NCBI RefSeq assembly: GCF_009914755.1
Contig: NC_060939.1
Reading direction: 5' to 3' (one strand)
Length of the DNA: 64,000 nucleotides
DNA from: the human T2T-CHM13v2.0 reference genome, Homo sapiens
The notes below the pieces were generated by a model, which ran no database searches, was not told the origin of the DNA, and saw only the letters and a program-made list of their open reading frames with translations. The translations under genes and the position numbers were made by a program. Positions 1-15,860 of the stretch are shown piece after piece. Each line of letters opens with the position of its first letter. Positions within the stretch are counted from its first letter, which is position 1.

Positions 1-269
1 CACAGGGTAGGAGCTCAAAAACAATATTTATTATCAGTGTTACTAGTCTTATCATAAAAGAGCTGAATCGTAATGTGGCAGAGTAAATACACTTTGTGTG
101 AGACAGGCACATATCTCAGAAAGACTCTATAATATTAGGTAACATCAGCGTGCTCTTTTCATCTCTATCCCCGCCAAAACTGTGTGAGGGTATCGGCTCT
201 CTAAGATCTATATTTCTTGTACATGAGTAATATTAAAATCCAGAGGGAAGGTAACCAAGGGTCACTACG

Positions 270-574
<305 letters not shown>

Positions 575-592
575 GGGTCTCTACATTTAATA

Positions 593-595
<3 letters not shown>

Positions 596-633
<38 letters not shown>
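596..633. repeat. (GT)n microsatellite
   Basis: ~19 perfect GT units. Confidence 0.97.
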
Positions 634-636
<3 letters not shown>

Positions 637-2565
637 CATATTTTCCCAAAAGTGGTAAGATTTGGAAAGTGTACCATTTGTGTAAGTTGAACTTTGCCAG
701 GCCACACTGTCATGGGGAAACAGAAGGAATCCCATCCCTTTGCCTCCTACCCATCTGCTATTGCATGACCTTTAGTTCTTGGAAAGGGGGCCATGATTTT
801 TGCTCAGTTCTCTCACAGTATCTTAGAGGTGAGTCCCTCAAGGTATAAAAATGGAGCTGTGTTCTCTAGAGCACACGGTGTGTTGAGACCAAGCTGTGCT
901 CTGGGCAGGCATGGAAGAGGTGGCCTCTACTCTCTCTTGGGCTGCCCTTTGTATTAGAGGAAGGAAACTTCACTGTCTCATCTCCCAGGGGCTCAGAGAT
1001 TTCATAAGACAGCTTTCCAGTGTGTGCTTGCAGCCTGCAACGAGTTCATGGAAGGTTGGGCCAGGAGACAGAACTGAAAGGCAAATCCCAGGTGAGCTCA
1101 TGAGAATCAGCAAGAGAGATGGCCGGCCTGTCCCATTTCTGACTTGTTAGGTCTGAGGTGGGGCTGAGACTATGCCTTTCGGACCAACTGTCAGGTTATG
1201 CTGAGGCTGCTGATCAGGAGACTCCAGCATCTTTGGAGAACCCCTGGCCTAGGACTTTATTATTGCATCAAAGTGTCTGCCTAAGTTCTCTTTCTAGAGA
1301 AGACCTTGGGATCTGGGGCACATGTATGCAAGTCACCTTAATTACCCTCATTCTTGCAGATGCAGAGAGCTTGGTGAGGAGTCAGCAGCCAACTAAACTG
1401 GCTGCTTGAATCCTACAGCTGGTGACAGTGGAACTGGATATGGTGTGCATGTATGTGATTCTCGGAAACCAGCAAAGGAGACGGTGCATTCCAGGGAGAC
1501 GCTGAGGGTGTCACCCAATAGGGATCTACAGCTGTTGATTTTCAGATGTGCTCCACAGACCCCCTGGGGGTTCCATGGACGCCACCAGGAGCAGTCGACT
1601 ACTTTTGGGCCCAGGTTTGAGGGTCGTGAAACAGGGCAATTCCACTTTGACAATTTTTACACTGGAACATCCATGTTAGGTTTCTTCTGGAGAAAGCACT
1701 TTGGCTAAATCAGTCAGAATGGCCCGGAACTAGGTAGCCTCCATGTGTGCCTATTTCAGGAAAGAGCAGACATCACTCAGCTTTCCATATGGAAGGGGGT
1801 CGAGATGGCTTAAGCTGACACAGGGAAACGAGGAGGACAGGATCTTGTCTGTGCAGCCAGGCCTCCCGGGAACCTAGGGGAAGAAGAGTCACCAGGCGCC
1901 AGTGTTGGGAGTGCAGCATGGCCAAGTTGCTGGGAGGCGAAAGTGAAACGTGTTTAGGGTTAAAGGAGGCCAGAGGACTCAGCAGCAGAAGCTGAGCACA
2001 CGGCTTCAGTCTAGTGACTTCACAACTCTCTCCACCTCCGCCTCCCCCGGGGGTGCTTCTCTTTTCTCCCCCTTTCTCTCTTCCAACTGGCTAATTATCA
2101 CTAGACTTCCCCATTCAAATTCCTGGGAAACATGGCCAGGGCCTGTCATCAGCTTTCCTTGGTCTTTTTACTTGTGGCACAATCCTGTGGCTCAGAATGC
2201 AACCAATCCCATGCCAGGAGAACCCTGGGGCTCCCAACCCCAGCAGAGGCTGTAGAGGTGCCACAGATTCCCTTGGAAGGGCAGCAGGTGATATAAGCAA
2301 CTGGGATGTCCTGTCTGTGAGGCTTCCCAGGCATCGTGACTGACCTGCCTGAAGGCCTGGCTGGCATTGTGCTGGCCTACCTAGGACATTCAACTGTTTG
2401 CTTGCCAGGCTCTCAAGGCCTTCTTCCTCTTGATGCAGTTCCAACAATGTCCCTACCTACCACAGCCTATTTCACATGCAGATGCTGGTGCACACACCCC
2501 CTCAGCCGCTGGTTGGTAGGATCCATAAGTGATGGTGCGGGACTACATTATTATTTTATCTTATA

Positions 2566-3286
<721 letters not shown>

Positions 3287-3444
3287 TATGATTCTGATTA
3301 CCAAAGTAATATATGTTGGATGTGCAAAAGTAAAACTGTATAGAAAAAAATTATGTAGAAAGAAAAAGTGCTCCCTAATTAAACCCATAGTCGATAAATT
3401 CAACAGGTTTGTGAATGTATCTTCAGAGTTTTTCTAGACATTTA

Positions 3445-3621
3445 CTTACTTATTATTTTTCAGAGGTGGGGTCTCACTATGTTGCCCAGGCTAGAGTGCT
3501 GTGGCTATTCACAGGTGTGATCATAGGCACACAACCAGCCTCGAACTCCAGGCCTCAGGTGATCCTCCTACCGCAGTCTCCTGAGTAGCTGGGACTGTAG
3601 GCATGCACCACTGCACCCAGC
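3445..3621 (-). mobile_element. FAM (fossil Alu monomer)
   Basis: Monomer keeping the 7SL-type segment ggctattcacagg; TSD ttctagrcattta. Confidence 0.8.
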
Positions 3622-4503
3622 TTCTAGGCATTTAACAATGTGTGCATATATTATAAATACATAATAAAAATGAATTCAAACAAAATATAGTTTGTAACTT
3701 GGCTTTTTACATTTCAATATATCTTTAAATTCTGTATCATTAAGTAGAGATCTTCCATCTTTCTAATGGCTATTAGTGATCCACTGTTCAAATGTATCAT
3801 AGTTTAAGCAATTCTCCACTGAGAGAATTCTTCCATTTGGGAGCTATCATACAAAGCCTGGTTTGGATATATCTGTGTTGTGTACATGGTTTTGTAGGAG
3901 AGACTGCTAAAAAGATGGCTAGGTTAAAGCATATGACTATCTTACATTTTAACACATATTACTGAATTGGGCAGGGCCTCTTCCCAACGCTACTTGTCAG
4001 AGTCAGAGAATACAGTTGCCCACAATGTCCAGCTCCTCTCTAGCTCCCTTGATATCATGTCCAGCTGTTAATCCTCACCCTGCTGCCACCTATGGATGAA
4101 CTCGATGGACATCCATGTAGCCAATGCTACCACCATATTATAAAAAATAATGACAGTTGTGGGGGGTCTCCTTAGAAGGAGCTACACATATAGCAAGGAG
4201 CCAAATTAAGCTGTTCAGAACTGATGCCAAAACTCCTATCTTATATTTGCTTTGGAAATTGAGATTCCTTTTAATGGTTAAAGTTGCAGGTCTGAAAATA
4301 TTTTGATCATTAAAAGTGAATCAGACTAAACTTTTCAGGGCACTGCATAGAGCAAATATGAAACCAAGAGCATGATCCCAAATACACTTTCTACAAGCTA
4401 TTTTAAAATGTTAATTTGTCTCACTAAATCCTAATAACTGATTTTGAAGAGCCTGGACAGAGTCAGATCTGAGTTAGCAACCGGGCTCAGTGGGGCAAAG
4501 ACT

Positions 4504-4940
4504 GCTGGTTAGCTAATAACCATGCTGCCCTTCTCCCCACTAATGAACTCTAAAATGGACATGTTTCCCAACTTACCTTGCCCACCGTAACCTGGGCAGC
4601 TAATGGAATGTCAATTAAAGTTGTTGGTGGGGCTTCTGGAAGACTTTACAGAGGGTTGTCTCAGCTGAAGACCTTTTTGCCCTTCCTACCCAAAATATCG
4701 AAGTAAAGTTGAGGGCTCCAGTCACCACCACAAATCACGAGCAAACTTGAGGATGGAAGCCGTCTGTAGGGCAGTGCATCAGAAAGACAGAAAGAACCTG
4801 GGTCCCTGATGACTCTGTAGTCAGTCACCCTACCAGTTTTGAACAGCCTCGCCAGATTTCTCTTATGTGAGAGGAACAAACATCTTGCTGAAGACTCGTA
4901 CTTAGGTTTTTGTCCCATACAGTCAAACAGAGTTCTAAGT
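4504..4940 (+). mobile_element. MLT1 (J-like) MaLR LTR
   Basis: Motifs gctaatggaatg, agaaagaacctgggtccctgatgac, tcttatgtgagag. Confidence 0.65.
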
Positions 4941-5082
4941 GATATATCTCTCTACTTACTAGGCTGTGTGACCCTAGGAAAGGTAACTCCATCTCTTTGG
5001 GCTTCAATTTCTGGAGACTGGGTAATAAACAGAGGCCACTTAGTGGGATGGCTGTGATAAATGAGAGGACATGTACTTAGGG

Positions 5083-5260
5083 CAGTGGTTCTCCAAGTTG
5101 GTCCCACATTAGAGTCACCTGTGGAGCTCTTAATCTCTTGATGCCCAGGCCATACCCAAAAACTCATTAAATCAGAAATTCTGGCAGTAAAATCCAGGCA
5201 TCAGTGATTTTTAAAGCTCCACAGGTCATTCAAATCTGCAGCCAAATTTGAGCCACACGG
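5083..5260. mobile_element. MER5-family hAT-Charlie MITE
   Basis: cagtggttctc...cacattagagtcacctg...tttttaaagctcc...tttgag. Confidence 0.8.
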
Positions 5261-6909
5261 GTTTAGGAGACCTCAGGTTGTTTATTGCCGAGGTGCAGGC
5301 TTGCTTGGGCTTGCCTGATGGATGGTGGGACAGGACCTAAAAAAGTCTATTTGTTGGGGATTCTGAGGGACCTTCTGGGAGAAACAGATACAATGAGAAG
5401 GTGGCAAACAATTGGCTGAGTAACAGAAGGGAGCAATAATTTTGAGTATAGCTGATACTATTTGAATCTGTCCCAAGTTGGGCTGTAAGGACACCTCTCT
5501 GGATTCTAATAGAGAGCAAGTACCAAGATGCCAATTCACTCAAAACTCCATAAATCCTTGCAACACAGAGCCCACTGCTTTGAGACTTCACCAATACAAT
5601 GCAAAGGGGAAAAGACAAAAAAAAAAAAAAAGTCCATTTCCACAGCTCTGGCAGCAGCATGGGATAGCAAAAGCTGGTAGGGACTGGGGTGCAGTGAGAA
5701 ATAGTGAAGAAGCCACAGGTTGGGGAGGGGTAGGAGCAGTGGTGCCCCTTTAGAACAGTGCCCAGAGAAAGCAGATTTGATCATGAGCCTATGTGGGACA
5801 CCCTCGGGAGCCCCCTGAAATATTTGGGAGTGGGAGGAAGGGGCGGGAGGTCCTACATTAACGGGGCCATTAGGCCAGTGATCTTGTCAGACTGGCAAAT
5901 TCAGGTTACATTTGAGTAGGGCTCCTTGCACATTACTTAGGAAATCTTAACCTTTTCAGAGGAGGAAATTAGCTTTCAAAGAGACAAGCCCAGAGACCAG
6001 GAGGTCTCAGACTTGACAGTACTTCTGCCTTTTTCAGAGAAAGAGTTGACCAGTGATCACCACTTTTTCTGTATCAAACTCCATTCCAAATGCTAAATCC
6101 TATTAATTTGGAACAACTGGGGGTGGGGTTGGCAATTAAAAAAATACTTCAAAGCCTCTGAAAACAGCCAAATGAATTCACCTGTAATTGACATTCTCAA
6201 AAGTGAAGTTATTTGAATAAAAGAAAATGCCTTTGAAAGAAAAAGTATATGAAATGAAGTGTATTTTCAATGATCTCACATGAAACACGTGACAGAAAAA
6301 TTCCCCAGCACTGATTTTTCTAGATATTTTCTTAAAAAAAAAAAGATAAAAGAAGGGAGGGGGGTATAAAAACTCACAACTAGACAGCTCATAAGGTCAC
6401 TTTTTTTTTGAATTAGGGCGAATAAAAAAGGAAACATCTAAATCTGATGTTCAAACAACCTTTTCCGTTTGATTCAATCCTTTCTCCTTAAAAGTACTTT
6501 TATAAGTGCCCCAGATCTCTGAGCTGGTAAAGACACTCCGTTCCTCCCTTTCTGGTCCCTACTGGGTTTGAAAGGCAAACAGCTCCTTCCTCTGTCCATC
6601 AACATTCTGCCCAGAATGAACACTATATGGATGCTCTTTAAAAAATTAAATAGACTTTTTTTTTGTGAGTTCTCTCACCTTTAGTTTGAGAATCCCAATC
6701 CTAAAATAACCGTGTATACATTCAAAAAGACTTAAGAATTTCTGTATCTACTGTGAAGTGGAAGAAAATTAATTACCCAAATGACGCCTTGCAAATTTTA
6801 CTTAACATGAGACTCAAGATGAATAGTGTGCATTTTTATCTGTAAATCATGAAGTAGTTAAACATTTCAAAAAGGAAATATATTATGTAAATGTCAACTG
6901 AAATCTCAG

Positions 6910-7094
6910 CACTGGTTCTCAGACTGGAGCATGTGTCAGAGTTACTTGGAAGGCTTGTTAAAACACAGCTTGCTGGGCCCACACCCAGAATTTGATCTGG
7001 GAGGTCTGAGGTGAAGGCTGAGAATCTGCATGACTCACAGGCTCCCAGATGATGCCGATGTTGCTGGTCAGGGGATTGCACTTTGAGAACCCTG
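6910..7094. mobile_element. MER5A-like hAT-Charlie MITE
   Basis: TIRs cactggttctca / tgagaaccctg and a typical internal sequence. Confidence 0.8.
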
Positions 7095-7569
7095 CTTTAT
7101 AACTTGTCCAGACTACTCAGACTTTTCCCTCAGTAAGCGTGACATACTGGGAGAAGCACTGGAATGGGAGCCAGGAGACCTGTGTTTTTGATGTACTTTT
7201 ACCTGACTACATGTATATTCGTAGCCTAGTCACTACACGTCTACTAGGGTTTGCTGAGCAAGGCACAGAATGGTAGGAAAATCTTTACACTCAAGGGGCT
7301 TTCAAATAAGTAGATGGGGTAAGATCCATACACAAATCACTACTACACTTATCAGAACATGTTGGATACCATAAAATAGATAAAAATAATATGGGCTTCA
7401 GATAAAGATAAGCTCAAGTTTGGTTAGCCACAGGGAAGGTGACATCCTAATGAAGATGGCACTAGAGACAGATTTTGAAAGATGAAGAGGAGACAGGACA
7501 AGGGTGTGGGGACAATGGGGAACCACCAAACATTTTTGGGCAGGCGGGTGGCATGATCAAAGGTGTTAT

Positions 7570-8370
<801 letters not shown>

Positions 8371-11114
8371 GGTCTCCCCTCCTGCCTACTGCAAAGGAGA
8401 AAACTTAGAGTTACTGTAGATATGAATAACTCAAACCTAGGATCCAACAGGTATCGAGGGGCCCCAATTTAACAAAATGTCCCTCCCACCTCTCAAGTCC
8501 TTTGCCAATGGACTTTGTACAACTTGGCATCGGTCCCTTGGAGTCTGGTCTAGGGCAGCTCCCTGGCCCTTGTCCCCCTCTTACAGCCTCTCTTCTCTAT
8601 AGCAGCAGACGTCCTGCAGGGGGAACTGTTCAGCTTGGGGGTGGGGTGGGCATGTGCGGAGGTGAGCTCCTCTAGACTAGGCTTTGAAAGCCATTACTGA
8701 TATATCGGTTGCCTCCAAATGTCCAATCAGGCCAGGGCAGGGGCTGTTCATCCACTGTAGAGATTTACCCCCTCAGCCTTGAAGCCCACTGTCACCTTCC
8801 TAGAAGGCTCTGGTCCTTTCCTGTCCCTGCGGGTGCTGCTCATCAGGTTCCTCCTGCTGGGCTCAATTCACTGGGCACCAGGCTGCCTGTGCTGCCCCAC
8901 GTGGTGGGTGCCCTGGGGGCTGTTCCTGAATGACTACAGCACCCACACATACTACCTTTCTATGAACTGCTTCCTCTATGGCTTCCTGGCCCTCCTGCTC
9001 TTTGAAAGGAGGGAGGGGCCACGGTGGCAGAGGTACTGAAGAGGTGGCAGGGGACTGAAAGTAAACTTTGGCTCTGGCAATGAAGGCAACAGGTGCCTCC
9101 AAGAAAGTCAGTGTGGGGAGATGGCTGTGTTGAGTGGCGTGGCTGGATGGGGAAGATGAAGATCAGTGTGTTGGTGAGCCTTTGGACAGACTGGTATTGG
9201 GGTCCAGGCTGAATGAAGAGCAAAGAAAATGAAGCCAAAAGGGGATAAAAAGGTGAGAGAAATGGTGGGCTGGCAGTTGTGGGAAGACAGGTGAGAATGA
9301 AGCACAGCAGAGTTTAAAGTTTCTAGGTCTGAGGCAAGGTAGCCGTGGGTACCTTGAGTACCAGAGTAGCGTTGGGTGCCGCTGCCAAAGCAGAGGGGAG
9401 AGAGGGAGTTGGGGGCAGGGTTGTTTCAGGAACTGGGAATGCCAGGGAGGGCCATGCAGACAAGAAATTGTTTCTTGTTCAACACTTGCTAGGTCAAGCC
9501 CACATGGTGCTGCTAAGCACTTCCCAGTAGCTCCTCTTTCAGCTGTCACCAGTAACTGCTGGGGATTCACAAGGAATGAATGAATGAAGGGCAGCCGGCA
9601 GCCCTGTGCGTATGTGGACTGGCATGGGGTGGGTGGGCTTATTTGCTTTGTTTTGAGTAGCAGGGCCACTGTCCAAAAGTCAACTGCCTTGGGGTCCTCA
9701 GGTAGCCAGTCCCACTTGCTATGCCTTGGGGACAGACAGCTCCTAACCTGACAAGGGCATTGACTACAGTGTAAAATCTGACCTCTAGGAAACGCAATGG
9801 AATAGAGTGTAGGCCATCCTCCTTCCCAGGCCTAGACTGTTCAAGACCAGCTGGACAGGAAGGCATAAAGAAAAATAGAGTAAATATGCGGTTTGAATTT
9901 TTGCCACACTAGATTAACTGATTCTTTAATTGGTCTGAATTCATATACCTTCTTAGTGCATTTGCACTGCCTAATAATTGTAATAAACACAGCAACAACA
10001 ATTAAATATATTGGGCACCATATACCAGGTACTGTGTCCTAACACAGATTATTTCAGTTACTCCTCCCCACAACCCCTTACATATGGGGAATTATCCCCC
10101 ACCTTACATATGAGGTTATGTCAGGTTTAAAGAGATTGAGTTGCCCTGGGTTGGCTAGAAGTGACAGAACCCAGGACTCTCTGGCGTCTCAACTCTTGCT
10201 TCCTTGTACCTGATCCCATCGCTATACAGTACAACATCAGGGCTTTGTGGCTCAGCTGTAATGTTTTCCTCAAAAAGACAACAGAAATAATTCTTTGGAA
10301 AAAATTCTACAATTTGAAAATAGTGGAATTTGTAAATTAATAAATAAAAATTCAAGATCATTGATTCTGCAAAAATGTAGAAGCTGCAGCTGAGGTAAAA
10401 AGGCATTTAAAACTGCACATTAAAGGTTGATTCTTTCGATGAGATCACAGTGAAATCTGGGACAGGAGAATTAGAGCTGTTATGCCTTTTTGCCATGAAC
10501 TTGAATCATACAAAATAATCTTAGGCATAGGCAGATCCAAAGACCTGGCAGAGATGTGTAAAACCCACAGGCTAAATGTAATTCCCCAAGCCAAACAATC
10601 CCAGCCCTTGAGGGTGGTGAGGGTGAGGTAGACCAAGGGAGGACCTGTGGGGCTGAATCCAATGGCTTGGCTCTCTGGAATTTCCTCAGTAAGGCCAGAA
10701 GGCCCAGAGGACCTGTGGCTGGTAAGAAATCCTATCCCCATTATTCACGATCAAGTCTCTGCGCCTCACCTCTGGCCCAGGGATGTCCAAGTTGGTAGGG
10801 CCAGGCCCTTTCTAGTGTTTCTGGGGAACCTATATTTCTGTTCCTCCCCCTCACTCCTTCTCGCCCCTCTTCTCTGGTAGGAGCTACCTTGGCTCCCTAA
10901 AGGCTACTGCAAATGGCTCTGCTTGTGACCTGAAAGACAGATGTGCTGCAGAGTGGAAAACCTTCCCACTGTTTATTCCTAAAACTAGAAGATGCCCTCT
11001 GGGTTGCAGGTTCTGTATACATAAAACAGGATCAAAAGAAGGTCTTAGTGCTTCCATGGTCTGTTTCATGCGTTCAGGCTGACATTCATAATCTTGTTTT
11101 TAAAACCTGATCTA

Positions 11115-11618
<504 letters not shown>

Positions 11619-12190
11619 AAAGGAAGAGTTTGACTACTTGACAACAGAAGACCTTCTAATTCCCAGATTTGATAATCTGTTCACCTGAAGGGCTTTGACT
11701 CCTGGGACAAGCTCACCATAGCTCTGAGCCTTATTTGGCTGTTCTAAGGTAGAATAAAAGAGATCTTTTACATCTAGGTCCCTATTCTCAGCTCCAAGTA
11801 CAAAGGTTAACCTAATTTCTGAATTCCATTATTTTTCTAAACTTACTGGTCAATAAAACTGAGTCAGTCCAGATAATGATTTTGTACCTTGGACACTGGT
11901 AGCTTTACCTAAGTTCAAGGCAGAATAGAAATAAAGATGCCCCCAAGTCCTCCTCTACCATAGTGAATATTCAGCATCTACTGATAACTTCTCTGATCCT
12001 AACATGTATCAGGCAATAATCATGGGAATCCTTGTGTGATGCACTACAGCAGAGCTTGCCAAGAGGTATGACGGAATGAAAAATGGGACCGTGGGCTGTA
12101 AACTTAACTTTCGCCAGGCTCTAATGAATTTCCTCGCCCATTTCATACAACAAGTGTGAGGATCAAATACATATAAAAAGTCCCTCACCT

Positions 12191-12313
12191 GGAGTTCGAG
12201 ACCAGCCTGGACAGCATGGTAAAACCTTGTCTCTACTAAAAAGACAAAAAATTAGCTGGGCATGGTGGCGCGCACCTATAATCCCAGCTACTCAGGAGGC
12301 TGAGGCAGAAGAA
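12191..12313 (+). mobile_element. Internal Alu fragment without head or tail
   Basis: Runs from the B-box region through the linker to gaggcagaagaa, with unique sequence on both sides. Confidence 0.88.
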
Positions 12314-14289
12314 CTGCCCTCTCCGGTGCCAGGCATTCTTCACAAAAGTCCCAATAGAAGGGAATTTCCCTTCCAGTCTGTGGAAAATCTGATACAGGAA
12401 AACAGGCTCTTCACAGCCTCCCAATCAGAGGGCAATGGTGATGGTCTCCATGCTGCTTGCAGCTCATCCTCCAGTGGGGGCTGGAGCCCAGGCCCTTCCC
12501 AGCCTCTCCTCCCCTCACCCACCGACTCCAGGATGTCTGGGAAAAGGCATTATGTTGGTGTTGCCTATGCCTGTCCCCTGAGCAGAAGGATAGCTGCCTC
12601 TGGACCTCAATACAAATAATTCTCCAGGAGTGAGAGCCGTGGTTTTGTGGCTTCCTCAACCTAGCCTTCCTCACTGTCTCTGAAGCCTATCTATAAATGA
12701 GTGTACAAAGCCAGCCCCTCTGTAAGAACAGGAACACTCTCACTTCTATTTGTGGACTGACAACATTTTGCTTGGCTTCTACTGAATTCAACAAACAGAG
12801 GCTAGGGTTTGGACATGGCATTGGGCACAGTACAAACATAGTCTTACTATGCTGTCACAGAAGGGGACAGGGTTTCAATGACTGAGGTCTCGTCATGAAT
12901 TACACAATAAGGTAGATTATTTAGATGGTAGATTGGCTCTATCCCTTGGTCTGCCTCTTTGTGGCCACTTTCCTGCTCATTATTACCTCTCTCAAACATG
13001 GAGAAGGAAGACAGACAATCTATCAACTCGACATGTCACTTCCCCCACACTGGCACATCTGTCAGGGCCCAACAGACTGCAGAAAGTGCAACTTTTTCTC
13101 CAACTTTTTCTGGGTTATGCCTCTTTTCTCTATTAAATGCAAAATGTGCTGATCTAAGTATACATTTTATAGCACATCTGGCAGTTTGAATGATGTTATT
13201 TACAAATGCTATAAATCGAAGTGCTAGTTTTTCCTATGTTATCAAAGTTTTCAAATAAACCAATAGATGATATAACTCTCCTAAACTAACTCATATATTA
13301 TTATCTGTTGAAATTAAACAGACAGTGAATTATCCAGTCACATTTTCCCCAAAGTCTAGGCCAATTAGATTTGACCAGCTATGCCAGGGCCCTGAAGATT
13401 TAGAGATAAAATGTCTACAACTAGTATTAAAAATGACCTAGTTTATTAAGAAAACCCATTAAAGTATTTCAAAAACAAAGTCTGGTCTGATAATTTTATG
13501 CTATGAAAAGGAATCCTTCTTTTAAGTGGCTATAAAAATTATTATGCAACATCAAAAAATATAAAATCTATTTTTGTCTGAACTGCATTTGCTCCTTAAA
13601 TGAAGATCACCCTGAAGGAGGCAACTGAGATTTAGAAAAAATATTTACAATAAAGCCATAACCTCATGCACATTAGCTAAGTAAGGCTAAAAGGAAATAG
13701 CAAATAAAATTATAGAAATTTACCTTTTTTTTAAAAAAAAGAAAAAGGTATAGGGATAACTCCCATTAACACTGATTTAAATAGGAATGATAAAATTTAT
13801 GAGTGGGTGTAAAAGCAGAAGATTTACAGGCTAACTATTGAACATGATACTGTTTTGCTAGACAACACCATAAGATGGATGAGCTGTAACAGTGACTTGG
13901 TTTAACTAAAAAGCAGCTGCTCTCTCAAGTATGCGGTCTCTCCAAACAATGTTAAATGCTCTGATTCACTGATTAAATATGAAATGTTTCCACTCCGAAA
14001 TTCACACATGATGTTTATGTGGAGGATGTACTCAGAATTATGACACTGTGATGACAGGCAGAGACAGTGTGAGCCCCGGAGTGGCCGCTCAGTGCAGAGG
14101 AGACTGCCCACTGTGGGTCTGCACATCACCTCCCCACCACCAAGAGGGTAGCCCTGACCACACGTCTTACTGCTGGGGGTTATACACAGGGCAGTCATAA
14201 ATCATCACTGCAATATTTATAACTTCTTGCCTTGAACCAGAACCAATTAAAAACACACTTGGAAAACGTTCTCTAACATCCTCTTTAAA

Positions 14290-14423
14290 ATATTTATATG
14301 GATCAACTTTATTGAAAGTGAATAAACAGAGATAATGTGGCAAAAAGAAATTTTCCCAATATTAAACCCTTGATGATACTTTTAAATTCACTATAAGGAA
14401 AAGAATCCACCAGTAGTAGGTAG
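14290..14423 (-). other. EFL1: EFL1 3' UTR (short, ~130 nt; 3' end approximate)
   Basis: Lies between the stop codon and a cleavage site inferred ~15-20 nt past AATAAA. Confidence 0.75.
14308..14313 (-). terminator. Polyadenylation signal AATAAA of EFL1
   Basis: Plus-strand tttatt; first canonical hexamer after the stop, 110 nt downstream. Confidence 0.8.
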
Positions 14424-14612
14424 CTACTTATTTTTGCTGAGTGTCCTCTGCTTTTCTGCATGCTCCACAATCTTTTCTTCCACATAAAGCCCCTTCCGCT
14501 TTCGTACTGCGTTCATGTACTTCCGGGCTTGGTTCTCAGAGTCAGCCTTCTCCCCAAAGTGCAAGTATTCCTCCTCAGTAGTTGGCACCCAGAAGGGGTC
14601 ACTGGGAATGAT
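14424..14612 (-). CDS. EFL1: EFL1 terminal coding exon (exon 20; 62 aa + TAG)
   Basis: Branch-point-like CTAAC, pyrimidine tract and acceptor ttttacaAG. Translates [62 protein letters not shown], the EFL1/Ria1 C-terminus. Confidence 0.98.
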   Translation of the reverse strand: MIPSDPFWVPTTEEEYLHFGEKADSENQARKYMNAVRKRKGLYVEEKIVEHAEKQRTLSKNK

Positions 14613-14767
14613 CTTGTAAAAGAAGATGACAGAATGTGCAAGGTTAGGCATTTTTAATTTCAAACCTTATTCACTGAGCTCCCCAATTTATATAGTCTTA
14701 GCTAATGAAAAAAAGTTAGGCAATGAACAGCTAAGCTTGCTAGGAATGGTAATAAGTATGAAGAATC

Positions 14768-15091
<324 letters not shown>

Positions 15092-15348
15092 TCATGGGAG
15101 GTGTGAACAAATGGAAGTAGATTCAACAAATCTTGTAACATACATTATTATTCTTTGCTCCTAGCGCCAGTTCATAACACTAAGGAAGAAAGAAAACTAT
15201 TAATTTTTCATAATATAATTTTTAAAAGCTTTCATTTTTGCTAGGATATATCTGAATGTTAATGTCTTTGCCATCAATATTTTGCCTTTGTCCTCAACCT
15301 CAACAAAGATCAACACATGTAACTACACTCTTATTATTATTACACATA

Positions 15349-15530
15349 TTTTTTTATTTAAGAGACAGAGTTCTGCTCTGTTGCCCAGGCTGGAGGGCAG
15401 TGGTGCAATCATACTCACTGTAGCCTCAATCTCCTGGGCTCAAGTGATCCTCCTCCCTTGACCTCCCAAGCAGCTAGGATTACAGGTGCATGCCACCATG
15501 CCCAGCTAATTTTTAATTTTTTTTCTGGAG
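15349..15530 (-). mobile_element. Alu right arm (AluJ/FRAM-like)
   Basis: gagacagagttctgctctgttgcccaggctgg...cccagctaattttt. Confidence 0.85.
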
Positions 15531-15594
15531 GTGGTGGGTGCATGACATTGTGAATGGGAAAAATGCAGCAAAATGTTTATTTAAAATGTTCAAG

Positions 15595-15860
<266 letters not shown>

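Noticed and set aside
5826-5847. G-quadruplex-capable motif (also G-runs near 16733 and 63886)
   Set aside because: Isolated motifs with no CpG island or promoter context.
9163-9669. 168-aa minus-strand ORF
   Set aside because: No recognisable domain and a composition typical of chance GC-rich ORFs.
14321-14326. Plus-strand AATAAA next to the EFL1 polyA signal
   Set aside because: No evidence of a convergent transcript; the hexamer is common in AT-rich UTRs.
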